Shown here one piece after another: positions 48,106 to 56,241 of a DNA stretch of 64,000 nt. Below the pieces are notes generated by a model. It had not been told where the DNA came from. It did no database searches and saw nothing but the letters and a program-made list of their open reading frames with translations. Positions within the stretch are counted from its first letter, which is position 1; every line of letters begins with the position of its first letter. Origin of the DNA: a virus; IMG/VR virus record IMGVR_UViG_3300028025_000090; one strand, 5' to 3'. A program made the position numbers and the translations under genes.

Positions 48106-48675
48106 ATGCCAACAAGTATTGAAAATTTTATGTCACAGGCGATGCAAAAACAATTTGCTCGCGACTTCCTTTTCCGTGTTAAACAGATCGACATCACAGG
48201 ACTTTCCTTGGATGGTGAGACTGATTTGGTTTACGCTAAAACAGCTACTTTTCCTGGAAGAGATATTGAAAACAAACAGGTGAATTATTCAGGTCAAACT
48301 TTCAATATTCCTGGAAAATCTAGCTATCCAGGTTCTGAAGGTTGGTCTGTAGAATTTTATCTTGATCAAAATTTGGATATCAGAGAGAAACTCGAAAGAG
48401 CAAGTAGAGTCCTATTCGACAACGAAACCACCACTGGTAATATTTGTATGCCAGGATACGAATCCGTAATTACTTTGGATGTTCTTCAAATCCCTTGTCA
48501 AAGAGGTCCTAATGTAACATCGGGTAGTGAAATGCAAGTTGGTAGAACAATCCAATTGATTGGTGCTTCTCTTCGAAATATCAGCGAAGTTTCTTATGAA
48601 ATTGCTGATGGAACTGGTGAAATTAAAACATTCACTGCGACTTTCGCGTATCATTTCTATCGTGGACTGGTCTAA
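48106..48675 (+). CDS. gp19: Tail tube protein
   Basis: KQFARDFLFRV, ATFPGR, YSGQTFNIPG, WSVEFYLD, FTATFAYHFY; start at ATG 48106 (TAAATA-N5). Confidence 0.88.
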   Translation: MPTSIENFMSQAMQKQFARDFLFRVKQIDITGLSLDGETDLVYAKTATFPGRDIENKQVNYSGQTFNIPGKSSYPGSEGWSVEFYLDQNLDIREKLERASRVLFDNETTTGNICMPGYESVITLDVLQIPCQRGPNVTSGSEMQVGRTIQLIGASLRNISEVSYEIADGTGEIKTFTATFAYHFYRGLV

Positions 48676-48691
48676 GTGATTAAGTAATTAC

Positions 48692-49300
48692 ATGTCTAAC
48701 CCACAGATTGAAGATTTTCTCCAAGCGTTCTCAGGGGACGCTAGATACTGTCTTTCTATACCAGTATTATGGTCAGTATCCATTGATGGAGTATCGAATG
48801 ATTCCATAAACCAGTATTTACAGTTAGCACAGGAAAAATGGAGAGCTAAGATCACTCCTAATTCCATGACAAAAAATGGTAATATTTTACCAGCACAAGC
48901 AGTGACAATTCCAACTGAGGGAGCTAATTTTGGTTCTAGTTCAATTGGTGAAAATAGTGGTGGATTTTTGCCAGGATATGTTTTGAACAGTAGACAAGAT
49001 TTCTTGTCTCGTAGCTTTTCTATAAACTTTTTAGAGACTAGAAAAGATTTGGAACATGAATATTTCAGACCTTGGATTATCGCTACATCTATAAAAGGAT
49101 TAATCGAAGCAGGTGCAAATCTCAAAGCTGATATCACAGTGAAACAATACACAAACGGTGGTGAATTGAGAAAAGGTTATATCTTTAGAAAAGCATTTCC
49201 CACTGCTGTTGAAGGATTTACAATGGATTATCAAAATACAGAATTTCCTGTGAAATCCGTGACATTTGCTTGTCAGAATTACGAACAGATTGCTGTGTAA
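48692..49300 (+). CDS. Tail-tube-fold baseplate protein (gp54-like)
   Basis: AQAVTIP, INFLET, FRPW, YIFRKAFPTAV, VTFAC; follows gp19. Confidence 0.6.
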   Translation: MSNPQIEDFLQAFSGDARYCLSIPVLWSVSIDGVSNDSINQYLQLAQEKWRAKITPNSMTKNGNILPAQAVTIPTEGANFGSSSIGENSGGFLPGYVLNSRQDFLSRSFSINFLETRKDLEHEYFRPWIIATSIKGLIEAGANLKADITVKQYTNGGELRKGYIFRKAFPTAVEGFTMDYQNTEFPVKSVTFACQNYEQIAV

Positions 49301-50001
49301 TGAGGATAACAATCAAAGATATAAAAAAATGTTTGGAGGAAGATGAGGATTTCTTCGTGGATTATTTGAATAAATTCAAAGGTAATAATACACATGAAAA
49401 GTTCATAAACGTCTTAAAGAATTGGGAGAAATATGTTTCATATACCATCAATTTCAATATAAAAGAGAAAAATATAAAAATATCATTAGATTATCTCATA
49501 AAGGAATTGAATGAATTTGTTGCTGAACCCACTTGGTTTGAACATTCAAATATAAAAGTATTAGTCGATATCCCAAGTAAATTTGTAAAAGAATTGAATA
49601 TCCTATCGGTGTCCAATTTCATCAAAAAAATAGAATACGGTAATTTTGTTGTTGATTTTGCGGAATTATCAGATGAAGTTAAAGATGAAATGTTGGAAAA
49701 ATTACCAGCAGATTTCTATAATAAAATGATACAATTTTTAGTAAACGCAAAGGATAAAAAAATCATTTTACAAAACGCTGCACTAGAAAACATGGAAATC
49801 AACTTCTTAACATCTTTACCATACGAAATGATTAAAGGATTGTTTTATTCTTATGATATGGATTACTTTCGAGATATCATATATCATCTTTCAAAGAAAA
49901 TTGACGGTGGAATTTTAATGGATTCTACCATCATGGATATTGAATATTACATAGATAAAATGAAAGGTGAAGCTCCAACGGAAAATATGCCACTTTTTTA
50001 G
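49300..50001 (+). CDS. Baseplate hub assembly protein (gp26/gp51-like)
   Basis: Start ATG 49300 (TAATG overlap); context and C-terminal IMDIEYYIDKMK. Confidence 0.4.
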   Translation: MRITIKDIKKCLEEDEDFFVDYLNKFKGNNTHEKFINVLKNWEKYVSYTINFNIKEKNIKISLDYLIKELNEFVAEPTWFEHSNIKVLVDIPSKFVKELNILSVSNFIKKIEYGNFVVDFAELSDEVKDEMLEKLPADFYNKMIQFLVNAKDKKIILQNAALENMEINFLTSLPYEMIKGLFYSYDMDYFRDIIYHLSKKIDGGILMDSTIMDIEYYIDKMKGEAPTENMPLF

Positions 50002-50033
50002 TTGACAAATGATTTGTCACAGTAAATACGGGC

Positions 50034-50765
50034 ATGGACAATAATGTTAAGAACTTCTTGGACAGTATCCAAGATTTAAAAAATACAAAATTCAAAGTGA
50101 ATCGTATTACTACTGGTGAAAAAGTTGATTGCGTTCCTTTGTCATTCAAACAACAAAAGAATATTATTTCTACCTTCACAGAAGGAACTGTTGGTGTTTT
50201 GAAATTCCAAAAGATGTTGAATGATATTATCATTGAAAACACTGGAAATAATGATTGGTTGGTTGTTGATAAGGTTCCTGTTATTTTAAAATTGAGAAAA
50301 GAAAGTCTAGGTGACATCGTTAAAACATCAGAAGGAGAAATTGATATCAGAGACATCAAAATTTTGGATAAAATTGATATTCCACTCCTACATATTGTCG
50401 AAGGAGCAGTGACAGTAGAACTGGACACACCTACATTATCTGAAGAAAATAAAGTCATCAATTATGCAATTGATATTCTTAAAAAAGATGGAGAAAAAGA
50501 TGTCGGAAAGAATCTGACCAATCTATTCACCTTTGAAATTGTAAAATTCGTCAAGACTGTGAAATTTGGCGAAAAATCTTTGAGTTTCTCCGAATTATCT
50601 ATCAAAGATAGAATTTCAGTAATTGAGAACTTACCACTGTCTATCAATCAAGATATTGCTAAATTTATTGATAAAATTAAAGAAATTGATAGAACCCAGA
50701 CCAAAGTGGTTATCGATGGGGAAGAAAAATCATTTGATATTGACATAACATTTTTTGATAATTAA
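50034..50765 (+). CDS. Baseplate hub assembly protein (gp26-like)
   Basis: PLSFKQQKNII resembles the gp26 RPF.VKEEK region; TAAATA-N5-ATG. Confidence 0.5.
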   Translation: MDNNVKNFLDSIQDLKNTKFKVNRITTGEKVDCVPLSFKQQKNIISTFTEGTVGVLKFQKMLNDIIIENTGNNDWLVVDKVPVILKLRKESLGDIVKTSEGEIDIRDIKILDKIDIPLLHIVEGAVTVELDTPTLSEENKVINYAIDILKKDGEKDVGKNLTNLFTFEIVKFVKTVKFGEKSLSFSELSIKDRISVIENLPLSINQDIAKFIDKIKEIDRTQTKVVIDGEEKSFDIDITFFDN

Positions 50766-50767
50766 TT

Positions 50768-50992
50768 ATGAAGAAAAACACGATACTTAAAAAATTGGAA
50801 ACTCACGAAGAGAAAATTATTAAATCTATTAACGATTTTCAAGATTTTCTTGATTCGATTGATGATACTGAAATTTCAGTAATGGCTGAAGATTTCTGTG
50901 CAGGTGCGCTTGACTTCATTCAAGAGAATGATACTTGTAGTCTGATCAACATTAGAGAATTTATCGAGAACGAATATGACCCAGAGCAATAA
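50768..50992 (+). CDS. Hypothetical protein
   Basis: 74 aa acidic ORF. Confidence 0.5.
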   Translation: MKKNTILKKLETHEEKIIKSINDFQDFLDSIDDTEISVMAEDFCAGALDFIQENDTCSLINIREFIENEYDPEQ

Positions 50993-51911
50993 TATTTTAA
51001 TTTTAGGTAAAGGTTACATTGGTAATTACCTTTTTAACCATTTACAATCTAAATCATTTAACATCCAAATTAAATCGAGAAACGATCTTGATTACCATGA
51101 CATGTCAGTATTGAAGAAATTCATTCTCAATAATAATATTAGAACGGTAATAAATTGTTCAGGATTTACTGGTAAACCTAATGTGGATCAAGCAGAATTG
51201 GAAAAAGAAGAATGTTGGAAATTGAACACCACTGTTCCTTTGGAAATTAATAGATCATGCGACTCATTGGGAGTCTACTACATCCACGTTTCTACTGGTT
51301 GTCTTTATGATGGATACGATAAAGAGTGGTCGGAAAAAGATACTCCTAATTTTGGATTGTTTCAAAATCACAGTTCATTCTACAGCAGATCCAAACATGC
51401 TTACGAAAATCTCGCAAAAGATTTGAAAGGTATTGTTTTGAGAATTAGAATGCCATTTGGTCAAGATAATTCATATAGAAATTATCTCACTAAAATTAAA
51501 AATTATAATGATTTATTGAATCTTGTAAATTCCAAGACATACATTCCTGATCTTTGTGATTTCGTGCAATACCTTATTAGCACCTTAGATAATGACACTT
51601 ATTGGATTCGTAGAGAGACTTACAATATCACCAATCCCGAACCATTGAAAACCGAGGAGATTTGTGAGATTCTGAAATCATATGGTATGCACAATTCCAA
51701 TTGGAAATTGGGAGATAGATCACAATTGAAAGCACATGCAAATCGTTCTAATTGTGTATTAGATACCAGTAAATTGCAAGAAATATTTCCAATCAGAACT
51801 GAGAAGCAAGCAATCATTGAATGTTGTGAACAAATCATCGCTGATCAAAAGGAAAGATTGAAGAAACAACAAGAAATCTCTGAAGACGAACTATATAAAA
51901 TTTATGACTAA
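50976..51911 (+). CDS. NDP-4-keto-6-deoxyglucose 3,5-epimerase/4-reductase (NRS/ER-type, RmlD-like SDR)
   Basis: ILGKGYIG, TGKPNVD, TGCLYDGYD, EKDTPNF, SFYSRSK (YxxxK), LRIRMP, RNYLTKI, NSKT, YNITNP. Confidence 0.82.
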   Translation: MTQSNNILILGKGYIGNYLFNHLQSKSFNIQIKSRNDLDYHDMSVLKKFILNNNIRTVINCSGFTGKPNVDQAELEKEECWKLNTTVPLEINRSCDSLGVYYIHVSTGCLYDGYDKEWSEKDTPNFGLFQNHSSFYSRSKHAYENLAKDLKGIVLRIRMPFGQDNSYRNYLTKIKNYNDLLNLVNSKTYIPDLCDFVQYLISTLDNDTYWIRRETYNITNPEPLKTEEICEILKSYGMHNSNWKLGDRSQLKAHANRSNCVLDTSKLQEIFPIRTEKQAIIECCEQIIADQKERLKKQQEISEDELYKIYD

Positions 51912-52644
51912 AAAAGGAATTGTTCTTTCGGGGGGGAAGGCGACTCGCTTATACCCCATTACAAAAACGACATCCAAACAATTGTTGGGTATTTACAAAA
52001 AACCAGTGATTGCCTATCCCCTTCAAACACTGAAGGAAATGGGTTATCAAGATATCCTTATTATCAATGCTGATGAGGAACAACAAAAACAATTTAAGAT
52101 TTTGTTGGGAGATGGTGGTAAATTCGGTCTGAATCTGACTTATGCAATTCAGGACAAACCTCGTGGTCTTGTCGATGCTTTTATTGTTGGAGAAGAATTT
52201 ATTAAAGATGCAGATGAAATCTGTTTGATCCTTGGTGATAATATTATCATCGGCAACTCACCGATTTATCCCCAATCGAATACGATCTACACTTACAAAG
52301 TAAAAGACCCATCAGCATATGGCGTTGTAGAAACTGATGAAAATGGTTTGATCAAAAAAATTGTGGAGAAACCTAAAGAATTTATTTCAGAAGATGCTGT
52401 GATCGGTCTTTATGTATTTTCCAATGAAGTGGTTGAGATGGCTAAAAAGGTCACACCATCAGCAAGAGGAGAATTGGAAATCGTTGATCTCATTCGCTTG
52501 ATGAATGAGAAAGAAGGTGTCAATGTCGAGAAACTGGATGGTTTTTGGTTCGATATTGGTGACTTCGATTCCCTATTGGATTGTGCAAATCTTGTTCGAA
52601 CTATTGACAAACGCTCAAACCATGCTATTGGTATTGATGTATGA
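51904..52644 (+). CDS. rmlA: Glucose-1-phosphate thymidylyltransferase (short form)
   Basis: GIVLSGGKATRLYPIT, SKQLL.IY.KP, YAIQDKPRGL, LILGDN, AYGVV, VEKP, SARGELEI, WFDIG. Confidence 0.92.
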   Translation: MTKKGIVLSGGKATRLYPITKTTSKQLLGIYKKPVIAYPLQTLKEMGYQDILIINADEEQQKQFKILLGDGGKFGLNLTYAIQDKPRGLVDAFIVGEEFIKDADEICLILGDNIIIGNSPIYPQSNTIYTYKVKDPSAYGVVETDENGLIKKIVEKPKEFISEDAVIGLYVFSNEVVEMAKKVTPSARGELEIVDLIRLMNEKEGVNVEKLDGFWFDIGDFDSLLDCANLVRTIDKRSNHAIGIDV

Positions 52645-53564
52645 GCGACTTATGGGTAGAACAATATAGACCACAGACTTTGGATGATCTGATGGTTGAT
52701 GATAAAACAAGACAAATAATCCAAAACTTTGGTAGAGATATCCCGAATTTGTTATTGACTGGTGTTGCTGGAAGCGGTAAGACCAGTCTTGCCAAAATCA
52801 TCACTAAAGATATTTTGAATTGTGATTATCTTTATATTAATGCCTCTGATGAAAACGGCGTGGACACGATTCGAGAGAAAGTTATTGGGTTTGCCCAAAC
52901 AATGAGTTTTGATGGTGGATTGAAAATTGTAATTCTGGATGAAGCAGATGGTATCTCCAAACAGGCACAGGGGATTCTACGTAACGTAATGGAGTCCTAT
53001 TCATCCACCACACGATTCATCCTCACAGGTAATTACAAACACCGTATCATCCCTGCTCTACAGTCTCGTTGTCAGAGTCTCACTCTTCATACATCCCTGA
53101 AAGATGTCACTCGTCGTTGTGTGGATATTCTTAGAAAAGAGAATGTGGAGATTCCTGATGATCAGAAGAAGAATCTGGTAAATCTGATCAGAAGTCATTT
53201 TCCTGATATCAGGAAATGTATCAATGAGTTGGAGAAGTTCTCCAAGTCTGGTGTTCTCACTATTGAATCGAAGAAGGATACTAATGAGACATTAGAATTA
53301 ATCTATAACAATCTCAAGTCAGGTAAGACACTGGAAACCAGAAAGTTTCTCATTGAGAACGAAGAATTATTTGATTCTGATCACGAAGCTCTTTTGAAAG
53401 ATTTGTTGAATCATTTTTATGATCTACAAATTGATGACACTATAAAAAAACAAGCTATCCTAATAATTGCGGATAGCTTGTTTAAAATGATTTCTGTTAC
53501 TGACAGGGAGATATGTTGTATCGCTTGTCTATTACAGTTGGAAGAATTATTCCCCCCAAAATAA
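52641..53564 (+). CDS. gp44: Clamp loader ATPase subunit (gp44/RFC-like)
   Basis: LWVEQYRPQTLDD, GVAGSGKTS, INASDENGVDTIR, LDEAD, LQSRC, FPDIRKCINEL. Confidence 0.93.
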   Translation: MSDLWVEQYRPQTLDDLMVDDKTRQIIQNFGRDIPNLLLTGVAGSGKTSLAKIITKDILNCDYLYINASDENGVDTIREKVIGFAQTMSFDGGLKIVILDEADGISKQAQGILRNVMESYSSTTRFILTGNYKHRIIPALQSRCQSLTLHTSLKDVTRRCVDILRKENVEIPDDQKKNLVNLIRSHFPDIRKCINELEKFSKSGVLTIESKKDTNETLELIYNNLKSGKTLETRKFLIENEELFDSDHEALLKDLLNHFYDLQIDDTIKKQAILIIADSLFKMISVTDREICCIACLLQLEELFPPK

Positions 53565-54308
53565 CTTATCGTAATTCTCTCTTACGAAATTCTTATCGTA
53601 GGTTTTTTGAATATTGCGAGATTTACCTTTTTTCGGATTTGGTGTTAATTCAGATTGTTTGCTTTTCCTAGCAGCGGCAGCTTGTTTCGATCTATCTGAA
53701 CGTTGTTGTCTTTGTGCTGCGTAGCTACTAACACCATCATCTTCTGGTTCTACTTGATCTTCAACTGTATTATCTTGAGGAAGTGGAGGTGGTGTTGCTT
53801 GAGATTGTTGTGGTAGAGGTGGTGGAGTAGCTTGTGTCGTTTGAATGTTTTGTTTCAATCCTTCCAAAGCATCTTGAATTTCCGAAGCAAATTTGATTTC
53901 TCCAATATTCAATCCTAATTTCTGGACATCGTTATTTAGATCAGCTACAAAATTATTAATTCTTTTTGTGATATTTTTTTTCAAATAATCAATTTTGGCA
54001 TTATTACCCATGTTTCCACCTGCTTGAACATTTTGTTGTCCTGCTTGTTGCATTCCTTGTCCAGCCTGAGTCAATTTGTTTTGAGATGGATCGATTTGAC
54101 CACCCATTGCTTGAACTCCTTTAGCTGCTAAATTACCAGCTTTTTGAACAACATTACCAGCCATTTGTTGTGCGCCACCTTTTAATTGCTGTCCCGCACC
54201 TTTAACTGCTCCAAGTGCTTGCGCACCACGGGCTTTGAAGCGATCCAAGAACCCTTCTTCTAAGAGTTCTTCCAAATTAAGTTGATCTTCATTATTATAT
54301 CTAGCCAT
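53547..54308 (-). CDS. Gln/Gly-rich late protein (possible internal protein)
   Basis: 253 aa; TATAAATA-N5-ATG; LEELLEEG; duplicated QATPPPLPQ. Confidence 0.6.
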   Translation of the reverse strand: MARYNNEDQLNLEELLEEGFLDRFKARGAQALGAVKGAGQQLKGGAQQMAGNVVQKAGNLAAKGVQAMGGQIDPSQNKLTQAGQGMQQAGQQNVQAGGNMGNNAKIDYLKKNITKRINNFVADLNNDVQKLGLNIGEIKFASEIQDALEGLKQNIQTTQATPPPLPQQSQATPPPLPQDNTVEDQVEPEDDGVSSYAAQRQQRSDRSKQAAAARKSKQSELTPNPKKGKSRNIQKTYDKNFVRENYDKLFWGE

Positions 54309-54330
54309 ATTATTATTTATATTATTTGAA

Positions 54331-54582
54331 TTATTTCTTATTTTTTTCCCAATTAACTCTTTCAGAGCTTTTCTTTTTATACATCTTGCCTTTTATTTTT
54401 TTACAGTCTGCCTTTGTAGCTCTACATGCAGGGTAAGAACCTTTTGATGTATCTTTTCTACCACAGGGTCCGCCTGTTTTACAGTTAATCCAACCTTTGA
54501 ATTTCTTACCTTTCTTATCTACATGAGGAGCAAACCAATCACGTAAATTTTCCAGTAATTGTCTTTGGGACATTCTTTCCAT
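54331..54582 (-). CDS. Small basic Cys-rich conserved phage protein
   Basis: KGWINCKTGGPCGR..KGSYPACR..C. Confidence 0.65.
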   Translation of the reverse strand: MERMSQRQLLENLRDWFAPHVDKKGKKFKGWINCKTGGPCGRKDTSKGSYPACRATKADCKKIKGKMYKKKSSERVNWEKNKK

Positions 54583-56018
54583 TATTTTTTACTATTCCCC
54601 CAATTTTTCGCTCCTACTTTTCTACATTTAACCAATGCTCCAGAGGCATATGCACTAGGCCATACATCATATCGGGATTTTACTTTTTTATAACAAGCAT
54701 CTTGTTCATCTTGTTCCTCCCCACAATCCTCATTATCTTCATCTTCATCTTCGTCATCACCGAAGACTTTTTTACCTATATTTTCTTCCCAATCTTCCAA
54801 TTTACCATTTTTATTTCTATCGGCTTTTTTGAAATCGAATTTCTCTCTCAATGTTTCCTCATAGATCATAGCTAATTCTTTGGTGAAATCCCAAGACTTG
54901 GATTCACCGACTACTGGTTGTGTTGGTGATGCTTGTGGTGCTTCTGGATCATAATTAAGTTTCCAGTCAAGATATTCTTGTGCTGTATTAAACACTTGGT
55001 TTGATCCATCTGGCTTTAATGCCACCACAGTCCCAGTAGAACTCACCCCAACTTCCGTAGGAGTCCCACCGCCCCTCACTCGTCTAGTCATCATTGTTAC
55101 TGGATTTTGTGGTGTTGCGCTTTGAACCCACGAATCATTTGGGTTGTTGCTTGTTACCACCTTTCCAACAACATATCCATCATTGGTTAGAGTTTCTATA
55201 GCTTGAGATTGTGCCTGTTGTGGTTTAGCCTGTTGTGCTTGTGCCTGTTGTGCTTGTGCCTGTTGTGCTTGTGCCTGTTGTGGTTTAGCCTGTTGTGCTT
55301 GTGCCTGTTGTGGTTGAATAAATTCCAATACTTCGGGGTCTTGGTAAGCTCCCTGTGTTTGTTTTGCCCACGTTTGTAGGTTTGTCGTTGCAATTTTCAA
55401 TGCACTAGCATTTCCAGTTTTTTGAGCATATCTGAGTGCAGTAATCAATCTATATTTTTCCGCATCATCAACACCTTCAGTGTATAGACTTTCATAAATC
55501 ATACCCAATTCATTCACAGATTCCCAAGACTTGGATTCTCCTGCCAATTTAAGGTTTGTTGGAGTATTCTTACCATTACCTTTATCAGTTACATTGGTAA
55601 TAAGATTTGGATCAACTTCCAATTTCATAGGTTTGATAATGACTACATCTTTTTTCTTGAATTTATCAGGAACTAGAACACCATCGCTAATATCAACCAT
55701 ATCAGTGGTTACAGTAACTCTACCATAAGTTCTTCCACCACCGTGATCAGCGGCGATAGTCAACACCACACAACCTGCTGGTTTGAATTGATTACCCGTA
55801 GAAAATCCCGATTGTTTATCACCTACTTGAACAACTTTAATATTCAATCCACATTTATCCAATTCATCAACTTCTTTTTGAAGAGTAGATGGCATATGCT
55901 TGTAGGTTTCCGTGTTCTTATAACCAGTGCGAAATTTCACACAGTCGCCTGGTAAAAACCCCCCCGCCTCTCCACGTTGAATCACAGTTTCATAAATTGC
56001 GTCAAATTTTTTTCCCAT
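54582..56018 (-). CDS. Multi-segment late protein (putative internal polyprotein)
   Basis: Repeated GESKSW....EL.MIYE linkers; QAQQA repeats; C-terminal DACYKKVKSRYDVWPSAYASGALVKCRKVGAKNWG module seen in cyanophage-like T4 phages. Confidence 0.65.
   Translation of the reverse strand: MGKKFDAIYETVIQRGEAGGFLPGDCVKFRTGYKNTETYKHMPSTLQKEVDELDKCGLNIKVVQVGDKQSGFSTGNQFKPAGCVVLTIAADHGGGRTYGRVTVTTDMVDISDGVLVPDKFKKKDVVIIKPMKLEVDPNLITNVTDKGNGKNTPTNLKLAGESKSWESVNELGMIYESLYTEGVDDAEKYRLITALRYAQKTGNASALKIATTNLQTWAKQTQGAYQDPEVLEFIQPQQAQAQQAKPQQAQAQQAQAQQAQAQQAKPQQAQSQAIETLTNDGYVVGKVVTSNNPNDSWVQSATPQNPVTMMTRRVRGGGTPTEVGVSSTGTVVALKPDGSNQVFNTAQEYLDWKLNYDPEAPQASPTQPVVGESKSWDFTKELAMIYEETLREKFDFKKADRNKNGKLEDWEENIGKKVFGDDEDEDEDNEDCGEEQDEQDACYKKVKSRYDVWPSAYASGALVKCRKVGAKNWGNSKK
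55210..55315. repeat. 15-bp tandem repeat, about 7 units, encoding (QAQQA/QAKPQ)n
   Basis: TGTGCCTGTTGTGCT and TTTAGCCTGTTGTGCT-type units visible in tandem. Confidence 0.85.
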
Positions 56019-56026
56019 AATATTAT

Positions 56027-56191
56027 TTAGTCGTTTGTAAGCGATTTATTCATCTCTTCCAATTTTTTCAATCTATTATTTTTCCTAGCTTGAGCCATTT
56101 TTATTTTTTGTTCATCTGATATTCCTCTTTTTTTGGCAAAAATTCTCATTTTTTCTTTAGATTCGTCGGTATGTCTTCTACCCGTCGAAGA
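56027..56191 (-). pseudogene. Remnant of a NUMOD3-bearing homing endonuclease C-terminus
   Basis: Manual translation SSTGRRHTDESKEKMRIFAKKRGISDEQKIKMAQARK...TND*, preceded in frame by TGA with no start or nuclease domain. Confidence 0.6.
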
Positions 56192-56241
56192 TCATAGAGT
56201 ATAGTAGAAGACAAATCTTAGTCTTTTTACTAAATAATAAT

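Noticed and set aside
47327-48106. Group I intron in the tail tube gene
   Set aside because: Only 8 nt lie between the endonuclease stop and the gp19 start, leaving no room for an intron core, and gp19 has its own promoter and ATG
55210-55315. CRISPR-like or non-coding tandem repeat
   Set aside because: 15-bp units abut without spacers and keep the reading frame (QAQQA); it is a coding low-complexity repeat
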